Of a DNA stretch of 45,995 bases, positions 1-11,224 are shown piece after piece. The DNA is from an uncultured bacterium (GTDB lineage Bacteria; Bipolaricaulota; Bipolaricaulia; UBA7950; UBA9294), in the NCBI GenBank assembly GCA_903839615.1, contig CAIMCX010000105.1:1-45995 (forward strand), written 5' to 3'. A program made the position numbers and the translations under genes. Each line of letters opens with the position of its first letter. The stretch's first letter is position 1. The notes beneath the pieces are model-generated. The model was not told the DNA's origin and searched no databases. It saw only the letters and a program-made list of their open reading frames with translations.

Positions 1-2343
1 ACTGCCGGCACCGGCACGGTCACCTTCGCGCCCGGCGTCACCTCGATGAACGTCGTGGTCCCGACTCTGACCGACGCGGTCTACGACCCGAACGAGACCT
101 TCTCCGTCGTCCTCGCGAGCCCGACCAACGCCTCGATCGCCCACGACACCGGACTCGGGACGATCCTCGACAATGCGGTCATCGACTTGTCTCTCGTCGA
201 AGTCATCAGCGACATGACCCCCAAGGTCGGCGATATCGTGACGTTGACCGTTATGCTATCCAACGCTCCAGGGCTGGCGGAAGCAACCGGCGTATCCGTC
301 AATGTCCACATGGGCGCTGGGCTGGAATTCATGTCGAGCAACCCGTCCCGCGGGTCCTACAGTAGCGCGACCGGCCGCTGGACCGTAGGTTCCGTGTCGA
401 GCGGCGAGACCGTCACGCTGGAGATCAATGCTCGAGTGCGTGCGACCGGCCCTTACACGACCTCCGCCGAGGTGGAGACAGCGGATGAACCTGACGTAGA
501 TTCGGTCCCCGCCAACGCCGCGGTGATTCACGAGGACGACGACGGCGCCGTGCGCTTCGTGCCTCTGGTGCCGCAGGCGGATCTCGCGATCGAAAAGACC
601 GTGAGCAACGCCCGACCCACCGTGGGCGACTTCATCGACTTCTCGATCACCGTCCGCAATGTGGGACCAGATGATGACACCGGCGTTGTGGTGACCGACG
701 GACTCCCGGCTGGGCTCCGCTACGTGACGGATGACGGAGCAGGGAGCTACGACGGAACGACCGGCAGATGGACTGTCGGAGCCCTGGCCGCCGGCGATGC
801 TGTGTCGTTGCGAATCACCGCATTGGTTGAGCAGGCGGCGCTTGGAACGACCATGACGAACGTCGCGGAGACGACGGGAAGCGATCTCGTCGACCCGAAT
901 GCGGCCAACAACCATGCCTCGGTGGACGTTGCCGTCGACGCGGCTGACCTGCTTGTGACGAAGACGGTGGACAATCCGACGCCCGCAGAGGGCGACACCG
1001 TAGAGTTCACGATCACGTTGACCAACCTCGGGCCGACTACGGCGCTGGGGATTTGGGTTTCCGACGTCTTGCCGGCAGGACTCACGTATGTAGGGCACAG
1101 CGGAAACGGCGTCTACGACTCAACCCTCGGCACGTGGATGCTTGGAGCGCTCACAGACGGGCGGTCCGCATCGCTTACCGTCACTGCAACCGTGAATGCG
1201 GGCACGGCAGGATCCAGAATCAGCAACCTCGCTGAGGTCGTCCGGTCGAGCTTGCCTGACCCCGACCCGACGAACAACACCGCCGTGGCTGACGTCCAAG
1301 TGACGACGGCCACGGGAGGAGGGGGAGGTTCGGCGCAGGGCAGTGTCTGCTCGGGCAAAGTCGTCATCAATGAAGTGGCCTGGGCCGGAACCGCCGTGGA
1401 TCCTGAGAGCCAGTGGATCGAACTGCGCAACATCGGTACGGCGCCGGTCGATCTCACCGGATGGACCCTGCGTTGGCGAAAGAAGGTGCCTGTCACGCAA
1501 GACGACTACAGGTGGAGGGAAGTTCACCTCTCCGGCGTGGTGCAGGGAGCAATCGCATCGGCGTGCGAGCTCGCACTCAAGCAGAAGACGGCGGACATCG
1601 AGTTCGTCAAGCGAAACGCGGACGCCGTCTCGTGGCTCGTTGTAGGCAAGTCCGAACAAGACGACGGAAGCTACCTCTTGCTCGAGCGGAAGTCCGACGA
1701 GACGGTCAGCAACGTCAAGGCCGACATCGTCTACGACACGGCGCAGCCGTATACGCTCGATCTCTCTCCGGACGGGGACATCATGCAGCTCGTGGACAAC
1801 TCGGGCGGCGTGGTCGATACGGCCAATGCGTACGAGCCGGTTCAGAACGGCTGGCCGTCCGGAGACGCGACGACGTTCGCCACGATGGAGCGAACGGATC
1901 CGCTCGCTCCAGACACGGCCGGCAATTGGCACACGAACATCGGCGTCATCACCAGGGGAGAGGACGAGACGGGCAGGCCGCTCGTTGCGACCGCTCGCGC
2001 GATGAACTCCGAACCCCTTGACGAGTGGACCCTTTTCGCCGACGTACTCCAGCCGACGCAGATCGTGGCCGGAGCGCAACTCGGGGTGCAGCTCGCCCTC
2101 ACGCAGGCAGACCGCCTCGCAGCGGGCTGGCCGTGGATCCGCGTGACTCAGCTGGCTGCCGACTCTGCCGGTGGGGGAGCAGCTCTCGAACAGCCGTCCC
2201 AATACATGTTCTCTGGGCGAACGGCGCAGGACACATACACACTCGGCATCGACACGACGGGAATGGCGGCCGGAGAGCACTTGGTGTGGATCGTGTTCGG
2301 AGAGGGCAAAGCCGTCCTCGTGCCGATCACGATTCTTCCGTAG
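1..2343 (+). CDS. Large secreted/surface repeat protein, 5'-truncated by the window edge: end of a Calx-beta domain, 3 DUF11-type repeats, a lamin-tail domain (LTD) and an unassigned C-terminal module
   Basis: Frame 1 is open from nt 1 with no stop before the first ATG at 46, so the gene starts upstream. The first ~40 aa (VTFAPGVTSMNVVVPTLTDAVYDPNETFSVVLASP) resemble a Calx-beta C-terminus. Three ~120-aa repeats follow the DUF11 pattern (e.g. ADLAIEKTV..PTVGDFIDFSITVRNVGPD..GVVVTDGLPAGLRYV..TGRWTVGALAAGD). After a Gly-rich linker comes an LTD signature: VVINEVAWAGT..ESQWIELRNIG..VDLTGWTL ... ATMERTDP..NWHT. Confidence 0.8.
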   Translation, partial: TAGTGTVTFAPGVTSMNVVVPTLTDAVYDPNETFSVVLASPTNASIAHDTGLGTILDNAVIDLSLVEVISDMTPKVGDIVTLTVMLSNAPGLAEATGVSVNVHMGAGLEFMSSNPSRGSYSSATGRWTVGSVSSGETVTLEINARVRATGPYTTSAEVETADEPDVDSVPANAAVIHEDDDGAVRFVPLVPQADLAIEKTVSNARPTVGDFIDFSITVRNVGPDDDTGVVVTDGLPAGLRYVTDDGAGSYDGTTGRWTVGALAAGDAVSLRITALVEQAALGTTMTNVAETTGSDLVDPNAANNHASVDVAVDAADLLVTKTVDNPTPAEGDTVEFTITLTNLGPTTALGIWVSDVLPAGLTYVGHSGNGVYDSTLGTWMLGALTDGRSASLTVTATVNAGTAGSRISNLAEVVRSSLPDPDPTNNTAVADVQVTTATGGGGGSAQGSVCSGKVVINEVAWAGTAVDPESQWIELRNIGTAPVDLTGWTLRWRKKVPVTQDDYRWREVHLSGVVQGAIASACELALKQKTADIEFVKRNADAVSWLVVGKSEQDDGSYLLLERKSDETVSNVKADIVYDTAQPYTLDLSPDGDIMQLVDNSGGVVDTANAYEPVQNGWPSGDATTFATMERTDPLAPDTAGNWHTNIGVITRGEDETGRPLVATARAMNSEPLDEWTLFADVLQPTQIVAGAQLGVQLALTQADRLAAGWPWIRVTQLAADSAGGGAALEQPSQYMFSGRTAQDTYTLGIDTTGMAAGEHLVWIVFGEGKAVLVPITILP

Positions 2344-2349
2344 TCCATC

Positions 2350-2387
2350 AACGAGGGGCACGCGCCGCGCGGCACGTGCCCCTCGTT
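2350..2387 (+). terminator. Stem-loop directly after the surface-protein stop (13-bp perfect stem)
   Basis: aacgaggggcacg (2350-2362) pairs perfectly with cgtgcccctcgtt (2375-2387) around a 12-nt loop, 7 nt after the TAG at 2341-2343. No clear U-tract follows. Confidence 0.55.
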
Positions 2388-2414
2388 GTTCCGCCTCCCG
2401 GCGTGCCGTACCAT
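2386..2414 (+). promoter_or_regulatory. Sigma70-like promoter for the fak-plsY pair, probably giving a leaderless mRNA
   Basis: TTGTTC (2386-2391), 17-nt spacer, TACCAT (2409-2414), then only 6 nt (catttc) before ATG 2421. No Shine-Dalgarno fits in that space. Confidence 0.45.
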
Positions 2415-2420
2415 CATTTC

Positions 2421-4277
2421 ATGGGAAGCCAAGCCGATGCTTCTGTTCCCGCCCTCTCCCGCGAGACCCTGCGCCAGTGCGTGATTGCCGGAGCCGAGAG
2501 GGTCATCGCCCACCGAGAGCACCTGAACAAGATCAACGTCTTTCCCGTCCCCGATCGAGACACTGGGACGAACCTCGCCGTCACGATGCGGGCTGTGATC
2601 GCCGGCCTGCAGAAGCCCCTCCCCTCGTTGGATGCAGTGGGAAAGACGCTCGCTGCAAGCGCGCTGGCCGGGGCTCAGGGCAACTCGGGCGTCATCCTCG
2701 CGCAGTACTTCCAGGGACTGCGGGAGGGCATCGGCGACGGCGCCCACGTGACCGTCGACCGCTTCGTCGCAGCGATGCGACACGCAGCTCTCAGGGCTCG
2801 GCAAGCGTTGGCCCAACCGCGCGAGGGCACGATTCTCACTGTGATGAGCGACGTGGCGGAGCACCTCGTTTCCTGCTGCAAGGAGCGCGCCGACGACTTC
2901 CGGACGTTGCTCGACGAGGGGCTGCGCGCCGCGCGGCAATCGCTGGCGCAGACAACCGACCGCCTCGCCGTGCTGCGCCACGCCGGCGTCGTTGACGCAG
3001 GGGCTCTCGGATTCGTCCACTTCCTCGAAGGGATCCGCGACCACCTCTTCCACGAGGTGCAAAGCGATGAGTCAGAGGAGTTCTCCGACGAGGTCGGCGA
3101 AGTCGCTCTCGACGCAGTCTCGGTCGACGAGCCACTGGACTTCCGGTACTGCACCGAAGCCATTGTCCAGGGAGCGAAGCTCGACCCGAACGATCTGATC
3201 GAGCGTCTGTCGGAGCTCGGCGACTCGGTCGTCGTCGCCGGCGAAGAAACGAGCTTTCACACTCACGTTCACACGAATGTACCCGCCCTCGTCTTGGAAG
3301 AGCTGGCCGAGAGAGGCACCGTGTCGTCCCTGAAGACCGACGACATGTGGACGAACCTCCCGCCCTCGAATCTTGGCGCAGCACGCGCCGGAACGGCACT
3401 CGTCACGGACTCTGTGTGCGATCTCCCGATCGAGTATCTCACGAAGAGACGGATCCACGTAGTCCCGTTCCGCCTCGCGTTCGGAGACGACATCGCAGTG
3501 GATGGCGTGGATATCACGCCGCGCCTCTTCTATTCTCAACTAGAGTCGAGCCCGTCGCTGCCTACGACGTCGCAGCCGAGCCCGGCCGACTTTGAGATGT
3601 CGTATCGAGTGCTCGCGCGACGCTTTGCTGACGTCGTATCCGTGCACCTGTCGTCCGACGTTTCCGGTACCACGAGTTCGGCGCAACGCGCAGCTGAACG
3701 CATCTCTCGGGAGACGGGCATGGCGATTCACGTCGTGGATTGTCGAACGGCATCCGCAGGCGAGGCGTGCGTCGTGTGGGCCGCCGCCCGGGCAATCGAG
3801 GGCGGCCTGGATGCAGCGGCCTCTGCCCGCGTCGCGAGAGAGGTGGCAGAAGCAACATCGGTCTACGTCTTTGTCCCGACCGTGAAGTACTTCATTCTAG
3901 GCGGCCGTCTGTCGCCTCTTCAGGGAAGGGTCGCGCAGCTCTTGCACCTCCTGCCGGTCCTGACCGTACGCAACGGGAGAGTCGAGCCCAAGGCGAAGGT
4001 CTTCGGACGGCGAGCTGCGGTCAGTCGAGTTCTTCGTTTGGCGTTGCGCGACGCGAGTTCGTCTCGATCTCCGCTCTTCGTCATCAGCCACTCCGAGGCT
4101 CCCATGTTGGCTCGCAGGCTCGAGAAGGAACTCCGTCGAAGGCATCCGCTGTCCGAGATTCTGCTAGCCCCCGCCGGGTCGGCCCTCGGCACGCACTCCG
4201 GGCCCGGCGGAGCGGCTGTCGCCACCCTGGATGCAGATCTCGTCGATCGCGCGATCGCTCGGGAGTCCCTGTCGTGA
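2421..4277 (+). CDS. Single-chain fatty-acid kinase candidate: FakA-type Dak2 domain and FakA central domain fused to a full DegV/FakB fatty-acid-binding domain
   Basis: ORF 2025-4277 trimmed to ATG 2421; the upstream part is Arg/Pro-rich and overlaps the previous gene and its hairpin. N-terminal Dak2/DhaL motifs: NVFPVPDRDTGTNL, GNSGVIL. Middle FakA/YloV-type motifs: YCTEAIV, GDSVVVAGEE, HTHVHTN. The C-terminal ~285 aa are typical DegV: LVTDSVCDLP, VVPFRLAFG, DGVDIT, TSQPSPADF, HLSSDVSGTTSSA, GTHSGPG. Confidence 0.8.
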   Translation: MGSQADASVPALSRETLRQCVIAGAERVIAHREHLNKINVFPVPDRDTGTNLAVTMRAVIAGLQKPLPSLDAVGKTLAASALAGAQGNSGVILAQYFQGLREGIGDGAHVTVDRFVAAMRHAALRARQALAQPREGTILTVMSDVAEHLVSCCKERADDFRTLLDEGLRAARQSLAQTTDRLAVLRHAGVVDAGALGFVHFLEGIRDHLFHEVQSDESEEFSDEVGEVALDAVSVDEPLDFRYCTEAIVQGAKLDPNDLIERLSELGDSVVVAGEETSFHTHVHTNVPALVLEELAERGTVSSLKTDDMWTNLPPSNLGAARAGTALVTDSVCDLPIEYLTKRRIHVVPFRLAFGDDIAVDGVDITPRLFYSQLESSPSLPTTSQPSPADFEMSYRVLARRFADVVSVHLSSDVSGTTSSAQRAAERISRETGMAIHVVDCRTASAGEACVVWAAARAIEGGLDAAASARVAREVAEATSVYVFVPTVKYFILGGRLSPLQGRVAQLLHLLPVLTVRNGRVEPKAKVFGRRAAVSRVLRLALRDASSSRSPLFVISHSEAPMLARRLEKELRRRHPLSEILLAPAGSALGTHSGPGGAAVATLDADLVDRAIARESLS

Positions 4278-4978
4278 CCCTGGCGCTTGTTCTTCTCCTC
4301 GGCTATCTCGTCGGGGCGTTCCCTTCATCCGTCGTACTGGGCAAGGTGCTGCGCGGGGTTGACGTGCGCTCCGAGGGCAGCAAGAACGCAGGCGCCACGA
4401 ACGCTTGGCGGGTCTTCGGGTGGCGCATCGGGTTGCCCGTCATGGTCCTCGACACCGCCAAGGGAGTCTTGGCGGCGGCCGCAGTTCCCCGCATCCCCCT
4501 CGGCGCGCTCCCTGTCAGTCTCGGCGCCGCCTCGATCTTCTGCGGCATCGCCGCCGTGGTGGGCCACGTGTTCCCTGTCTACATCGGTTTTCGCGGCGGA
4601 AAGGGAGTCGCAACGGCCGCCGGGATGCTCGTCGCCGTCGCGCCGATTCCTGTAGGCATCGCGCTCGGAGTCTTTCTCCTCGCGGTCTCGACGTCCGGAT
4701 GGGTTTCCGTCGGATCTCTCCTCGGCGCGTGGACCGTGCCCGTGGCCGCGGCCTTCATCCCACCGTCACGCGACGGGCTGAGCTACCCTCTCCTCCTGGC
4801 GCTGACGGCAGGACTTGCGGTGTTCATCACAGTGACGCACCGCGCGAACCTGCGGCGCCTGTTTCACGGCGTGGAACCGCGATTCACGCGACTTCAGATC
4901 TGGCGGTTATTCTGCCGCTCGCACCGTGAGTCGCCCGCACCTCCGTCGGAAGAGGGAAGCAGCGGGGCGCACGGATAA
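4274..4978 (+). CDS. plsY: Glycerol-3-phosphate acyltransferase PlsY (acyl-phosphate dependent)
   Basis: ORF 3740-4978 trimmed to GTG 4274, which overlaps the upstream stop (GTGA). Motifs: GSKNAGATNAWR, VLDTAKG, GHVFPVYIGFRGGKGVATAAG, THRANLRRL. The protein is multi-TM. Confidence 0.9.
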   Translation: MTLALVLLLGYLVGAFPSSVVLGKVLRGVDVRSEGSKNAGATNAWRVFGWRIGLPVMVLDTAKGVLAAAAVPRIPLGALPVSLGAASIFCGIAAVVGHVFPVYIGFRGGKGVATAAGMLVAVAPIPVGIALGVFLLAVSTSGWVSVGSLLGAWTVPVAAAFIPPSRDGLSYPLLLALTAGLAVFITVTHRANLRRLFHGVEPRFTRLQIWRLFCRSHRESPAPPSEEGSSGAHG

Positions 4979-4996
4979 CCTTCACCAGAATTGCCT

Positions 4997-5025
4997 TTGA
5001 CGCCCCTTGGCCTCAGGGGTACAAT
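4997..5025 (+). promoter_or_regulatory. Near-consensus sigma70-type promoter for ftsH
   Basis: TTGACG (4997-5002), 17-nt spacer, TACAAT (5020-5025). GAGGAG lies 7 nt upstream of ATG 5049. The alternative ATG 5007 lies inside the promoter spacer (5003-5019), upstream of the -10, so it is upstream of the predicted TSS. Confidence 0.6.
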
Positions 5026-5048
5026 TGCGCTCTGTCGAGGAGTCGATC

Positions 5049-6886
<1,838 letters not shown>

Positions 6887-6890
<4 letters not shown>

Positions 6891-8065
6891 GACGCAACAC
6901 GACGAACGTCGTTCTCCTCGGTTCCACCGGTTCGATTGGGGTTCAGACGCTCGACGTCTTGGCTCGTCTGTCGCAGTCGGGAAGGGAATCCCGCGTCGTC
7001 GCCCTGTCCGCCCGAACGAACGACACGCTCTTGGGGGAGCAGATCCAGGCCACGAGCCCACAAGTCGTGTCACTCAGCGACCCTGCAGGCGCCCAGCGCC
7101 TGCGTCGCCGGTTTCCCGGAGTCACCGTCCTCGACGGAGAAGACGGGCCGGCGAAGCTCGCTTCTCTTGACGATGTCCGCATCGTCGTCAACGCGATCGT
7201 CGGCGCTGCCGGGCTTTCGGCCACTCTCGCTGCCCTGTCGCGTGGGCGCACCGTCGCGCTGGCAAACAAAGAGAGCCTCGTGACAGGCGGAGAGCTCGTA
7301 CGGGACGCGCTCGCAACGGCTGGGGGGCGGTTGCTCCCGATCGATAGCGAGCACAGCGCCCTGCTTCAGTGTCTCGACGGGGGGCGCCGAGACGACGTCC
7401 GACGCCTCATTCTGACCGCATCGGGCGGGCCATTCCTCGGGATGGAACGTGCCGCGCGCGCGGCAGTCACCGCGGCGGACGCGCTTCGCCACCCGACTTG
7501 GTCGATGGGCAAGAGGATTACGATCGACTCCGCCACGCTCGTGAACAAGGCATTCGAGGTTATCGAAGCGCACTATCTCTTCGACGTTCCGTACGAGAGG
7601 ATTTCGGTCCTCATACATCCTGCATCCATCGTGCATTCTCTGGTCGAGTTCCTCGATGGGTCGATCATCGCGCAGGCAGCGACGCACGACATGCGAATCC
7701 CCATCCAATACGCGCTGACGTACCCGGAGCGCGTCGATACGGGTCTTCCTCGACTCGACCTCACGGAGCTTGACCGGCTCGAGTTCCGACGTCTGGATGA
7801 GGAGGAGTTCCCCGCCTTCGGCACCGTCCTCGCCGCTGCGCGCGAGGGAAAGAGCGCTCCGGCCGCCGTGAACGCGGCAGATGAGGTCCTCGTCTCGAGA
7901 TTCCTCCGCGGCGATCTCCCCTTCGACGGCCTGGCGCGGGGCCTCGCCCTCGCTCTCGAAGGATGGCGGGCTGAGTTCGGCGGCAGGGAGCAGCCTCTAG
8001 CCCTCGCTGACGTCCAGTCTGCCGATCGCTGGGCTCGAGCCTTCGCGGGCGCGTTCGACTTCTAG
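6887..8065 (+). CDS. dxr: 1-deoxy-D-xylulose 5-phosphate reductoisomerase
   Basis: VVLLGSTGSIGVQTLDV NADPH-binding N-terminus, LANKESLV, DSEHSAL, NKAFEVIEAHYLF. The ATG overlaps the ftsH stop (ATGA at 6887-6890). Confidence 0.95.
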
Positions 8066-8066
8066 G

Positions 8067-9590
8067 TCAATCGGACGCACTCGGTACGTCCGCCTCTTGC
8101 CCAGGCCGACGCACGAGCTTCCACAGCGGCGTCATCCGCACGAACAGCCCGTAGACGGCCAGGCCAACGAACGTCGGCACCAGGGTTGCCACAAGAGCGG
8201 AGCTTCCAGGGAGGGCGCGAGCGACTCCCCAGACGGCGGTCGCCATGATTGCCGTCCCGCCAACGATGAGGCCGAGGCGAGGCAGGAGAGGTCCCCAAGA
8301 CACATAGCGGCGCAGGAAGAAGAGCAGAATCCCCGCGTCGACGGCACCGGCGGCCGCCGAGGCAAAGGCCAGTCCTGGAGAGCCGAATGGCCCCACGAGC
8401 GCGGCATCGAGGATGGCGTTCGTTGCCATGGATACCACGGCTCCAACGATCGGCAGGCTCGTCCGTCCCAACGCGTAGCAGGCACGGACGCCGAGGTAGT
8501 CCCACCCGTAGGCGAGGAGCCCCAAGGAGAAGGACCCAAGGACCGCCGCCGTTCGGACCGTGTCAGCCGACGTGAAGTGGCCACGCTGGAAGAGAAGGCG
8601 AATGACGTCTCCCCCGATGAGGAGGAAGCCAGTCATTGCCGGCAGCAGGATCAGCGCTGTGGCAGCCATCCCATCGGTGAAGTAGCGGCGGAATCTTGCC
8701 GCGTCGGCCGCCACCGCCAGACGCGGCAAGAGAGCCGTCCCGATGCTCACCGCGAACACCCCGAGAGGCAGCTGAAACAGGCGCATAGCGTATTGGAGCG
8801 ATGCGATGTTCCCGTCGGGAAGGTACGAGGCGAATTTGTTGTCCACGAGAAGGTTGATGTCGGCCATCGCCAGGACGACGACCGCGGGCAGCATGCGCTG
8901 AGCCAGCACAATGACGTCCGGATGGAGAGGCCAGAGATGAAACGAGAACCGGAACCGAATCCGTCGCAACGACGGAAGTTGAGACAGCGTTTGGCCGCCA
9001 GCCCCCACGAGAGCGCCTGCGGCGAGACCATAGATCGGCAGACCCGGCCAATGAGGTGCGGCGACGAGAGCGCCGAGAATGACCCCAACGTTGAACCACA
9101 CCGACGAGAACGACGCGATGAAGAAGCGATGGTGAGCATTCAAGATGCCCATAAACACGGCACCGAACCCGACGAGGGCGATCGATGGGAAGAGCCAGCG
9201 CGAGAGGGACACGGCGAGATGCAGCTTCTCCGCCGGGAAGCCGCTGGCAAGGAACGGGACGTACCAAGGCGCGAGAAGCATCCCAGCCGCGCAGATCACC
9301 GGGAAGAGGACGACGAGAAGGGAAAGGACGTTGCTCGCAAAATGGTCCGCGTCTTCCTCTCGTTCGCGAAGACTCGCGTAGAGCGGAACAAACGCAGTGG
9401 ACAAGGATCCCTCGGCGAGAAGCTGCCGCAGAAGCTGCGGGACGTAGAACGCGATGAGGAAGGCATCGTATGCCGCGGTCGCGCCGAATCGATCGGCGAT
9501 CGACGCATCGCGCACGAGTCCGAGGATCCTCGATGCGGCGACAGCGGCGGCCATCATGAGCACGTCGCGCGCTAGTCCCTTCTTCAGCAT
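8067..9590 (-). CDS. murJ: Lipid II flippase MurJ (MviN family)
   Basis: ORF 8067-9884 trimmed to ATG 9590 (MLKKGLARDV...). The MurJ N-terminus is SRILGLVRDASIADRFGATAAYDAFLIAFYVPQLLRQLLAEGSLSTAFVP, and the protein is polytopic. The start shares 1 nt with the upstream stop (TGATG). Confidence 0.9.
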   Translation of the reverse strand: MLKKGLARDVLMMAAAVAASRILGLVRDASIADRFGATAAYDAFLIAFYVPQLLRQLLAEGSLSTAFVPLYASLREREEDADHFASNVLSLLVVLFPVICAAGMLLAPWYVPFLASGFPAEKLHLAVSLSRWLFPSIALVGFGAVFMGILNAHHRFFIASFSSVWFNVGVILGALVAAPHWPGLPIYGLAAGALVGAGGQTLSQLPSLRRIRFRFSFHLWPLHPDVIVLAQRMLPAVVVLAMADINLLVDNKFASYLPDGNIASLQYAMRLFQLPLGVFAVSIGTALLPRLAVAADAARFRRYFTDGMAATALILLPAMTGFLLIGGDVIRLLFQRGHFTSADTVRTAAVLGSFSLGLLAYGWDYLGVRACYALGRTSLPIVGAVVSMATNAILDAALVGPFGSPGLAFASAAAGAVDAGILLFFLRRYVSWGPLLPRLGLIVGGTAIMATAVWGVARALPGSSALVATLVPTFVGLAVYGLFVRMTPLWKLVRRPGQEADVPSASD

Positions 9591-11218
9591 CACTTGAGGA
9601 CCGCGCCGAGGCTCACCGAGACCGCCACGCGGCGGCCCCAGCGCATGTGGTAGTTCCCCGAGTCGAGCGCCAACTCTGCGGCGCCTCCCGCTTCGAGGAT
9701 GGCAACGTCGCGAGCCGGCACAGGCAGGAGGTTGAGCGCTGCAAGAACGAGAGAGGGCGAGATCTCCCCATCGCTCGAGAGCCTGAGGAAGAACAACCCG
9801 CCTTGCCAGTCCGTGCCGACTGTGCTCCACGGCGACGCCGAGTCCCAGTCGCGGAGGGTCGACTGCCCGTCCCAGGCGAACCATCCTTCAATCGACGCTG
9901 CCTCGGTCAGGAAGCTCTCCGAGGCGCTGGCCACGCTCTCGAACGTCACGCGATCGCCAAGCGTCAGGGCGGCGAGGCGGCTGCGCGCCGCCCCCGACGC
10001 TACGAGGAGCGCCGCAGAGGGGTCCGCGACAACGAATGGCGCATCAAGAATGGAAACCACGACGCTGTCGCGGATGCGGACGATGCGAAAGCCTTCAGGA
10101 AACCCCTTGGCGATGTTGCCCGTGTACCCAGGAGGATAGCCGATGAGCTCGTCAGCTCCGACCGGACGGTCGACGCCGTCGAGCGGGATTCGCGCCGTCG
10201 GCGACACGGCGGAGGCGGCGACATCGGGCACGAGCGCAAGGAAGGAACCTAAGATGTCGATCCCAAGGGCCTCCGACGCACCGTCCCCAAGGGAGTAGGG
10301 AACACCGTCGATCACAACAAGCCCAACGTCCGTGCCGCTACGCGACGAGAGCGCGATGGCAGCTCCTGCCGCGCTCATCGCAGCATTGATCGAGGCTTGG
10401 GTTCCGACCCCTGTCTGGGGAAGAAGAGGACGCACGTCCAGGCGTCCCCGCCATTCCCCGGCCCAGATGTAGGCGACCTGCACGGACTCCTCGCCGGTCC
10501 CGATCTCCCCTTCGAGGAACAAGAGGTTGTCTGCAATCCGCACGCTCGATGTAGAGGAGGCCTGCTCGGAGGCGGTCAGGAACACGGTGTACGCCTCGTT
10601 CGCTTCGACGCGACGCACGGACAACGCTGCCTCTTCGAGAAACTCGATCCGGACCTCGCACGAGCCGTCGCCGATGGTTGTGAGGGTGGCCCGCCCAACA
10701 TCGCTCGGGCCGAAAGCAGCTGCGGCTCCCTCAGACACCGTAAGGCAGTTCGCGAATCGGATGACGGTCTCCCCGTCTTCCTCTCCAACGGAGGTCGGAG
10801 CGAACCGATCGAACCGCATGGCCAGCTCCTCGCCGCTCCGCACGACTTCAACCAGTGTCGCGATCGGCGTATCGACGATCGTATCGTCGCCGCTGCGGCG
10901 TTCGGTTCCCCCGACACGGCGCACGAGTCCCTCGAGAGACGTGAATGCAGTGCCCGATTCCTCGCGCAGCTCTGCAGACGCGAGTTCCTCAGACCCTCCG
11001 CTCCAGCGAAGGACAATCCGCCCGTCGTGCTCGGATGCTTCCACGCCAAGGAAGGGAGCGAAGGCGATCACCGGGACAAGAACGAGATCTCCCTCCACGC
11101 GCGCTGCCGGCTGAGTGGAGACAGGGCGCCCGTTGACGACGATCGCCCCTTGCGCAGTACCCGCGAGTGCGACCATCATGAGGCCGGCCGCAACCCCCCC
11201 CAGCCACCCGCCTCTCAT
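9590..11218 (-). CDS. Secreted protein: N-terminal copper-amine-oxidase-like stalk domain plus C-terminal phosphodiester-glycosidase-like (DUF2233/NAGPA) domain
   Basis: Signal peptide MRGGWLGGVAAGLMMVALAGTAQG. IVVNGRPVS...EGDLVLVPV resembles the CuAO N-terminal stalk. The C-terminus (PWSTVGTDWQGGLFFLRLSSDG..LVLAALNLLPVPARDVAILEAGGAAELAL) resembles the DUF2233 pattern RTAVG..G.L.LVVVDG...L..lGa.dAlNLDGGGS. A strong SD, AAGGAGGAG, is embedded in the last codons of rplI. Confidence 0.6.
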   Translation of the reverse strand: MRGGWLGGVAAGLMMVALAGTAQGAIVVNGRPVSTQPAARVEGDLVLVPVIAFAPFLGVEASEHDGRIVLRWSGGSEELASAELREESGTAFTSLEGLVRRVGGTERRSGDDTIVDTPIATLVEVVRSGEELAMRFDRFAPTSVGEEDGETVIRFANCLTVSEGAAAAFGPSDVGRATLTTIGDGSCEVRIEFLEEAALSVRRVEANEAYTVFLTASEQASSTSSVRIADNLLFLEGEIGTGEESVQVAYIWAGEWRGRLDVRPLLPQTGVGTQASINAAMSAAGAAIALSSRSGTDVGLVVIDGVPYSLGDGASEALGIDILGSFLALVPDVAASAVSPTARIPLDGVDRPVGADELIGYPPGYTGNIAKGFPEGFRIVRIRDSVVVSILDAPFVVADPSAALLVASGAARSRLAALTLGDRVTFESVASASESFLTEAASIEGWFAWDGQSTLRDWDSASPWSTVGTDWQGGLFFLRLSSDGEISPSLVLAALNLLPVPARDVAILEAGGAAELALDSGNYHMRWGRRVAVSVSLGAVLK

Positions 11219-11224
11219 CGCGGG

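Noticed and set aside
2025-2420. 5' extensions of the longest ORFs (2025-2420; also 3740-4273, 9591-9884, 13416-13679, 21145-21486, 24328-24432, 29130-29372, 31237-31716, 37896-38132)
   Set aside because: The extensions overlap the preceding gene or promoter and translate to Arg/Pro/Ser-rich junk. Homology-like sequence begins only at the internal start, which usually coincides with a stop/start overlap or an SD.
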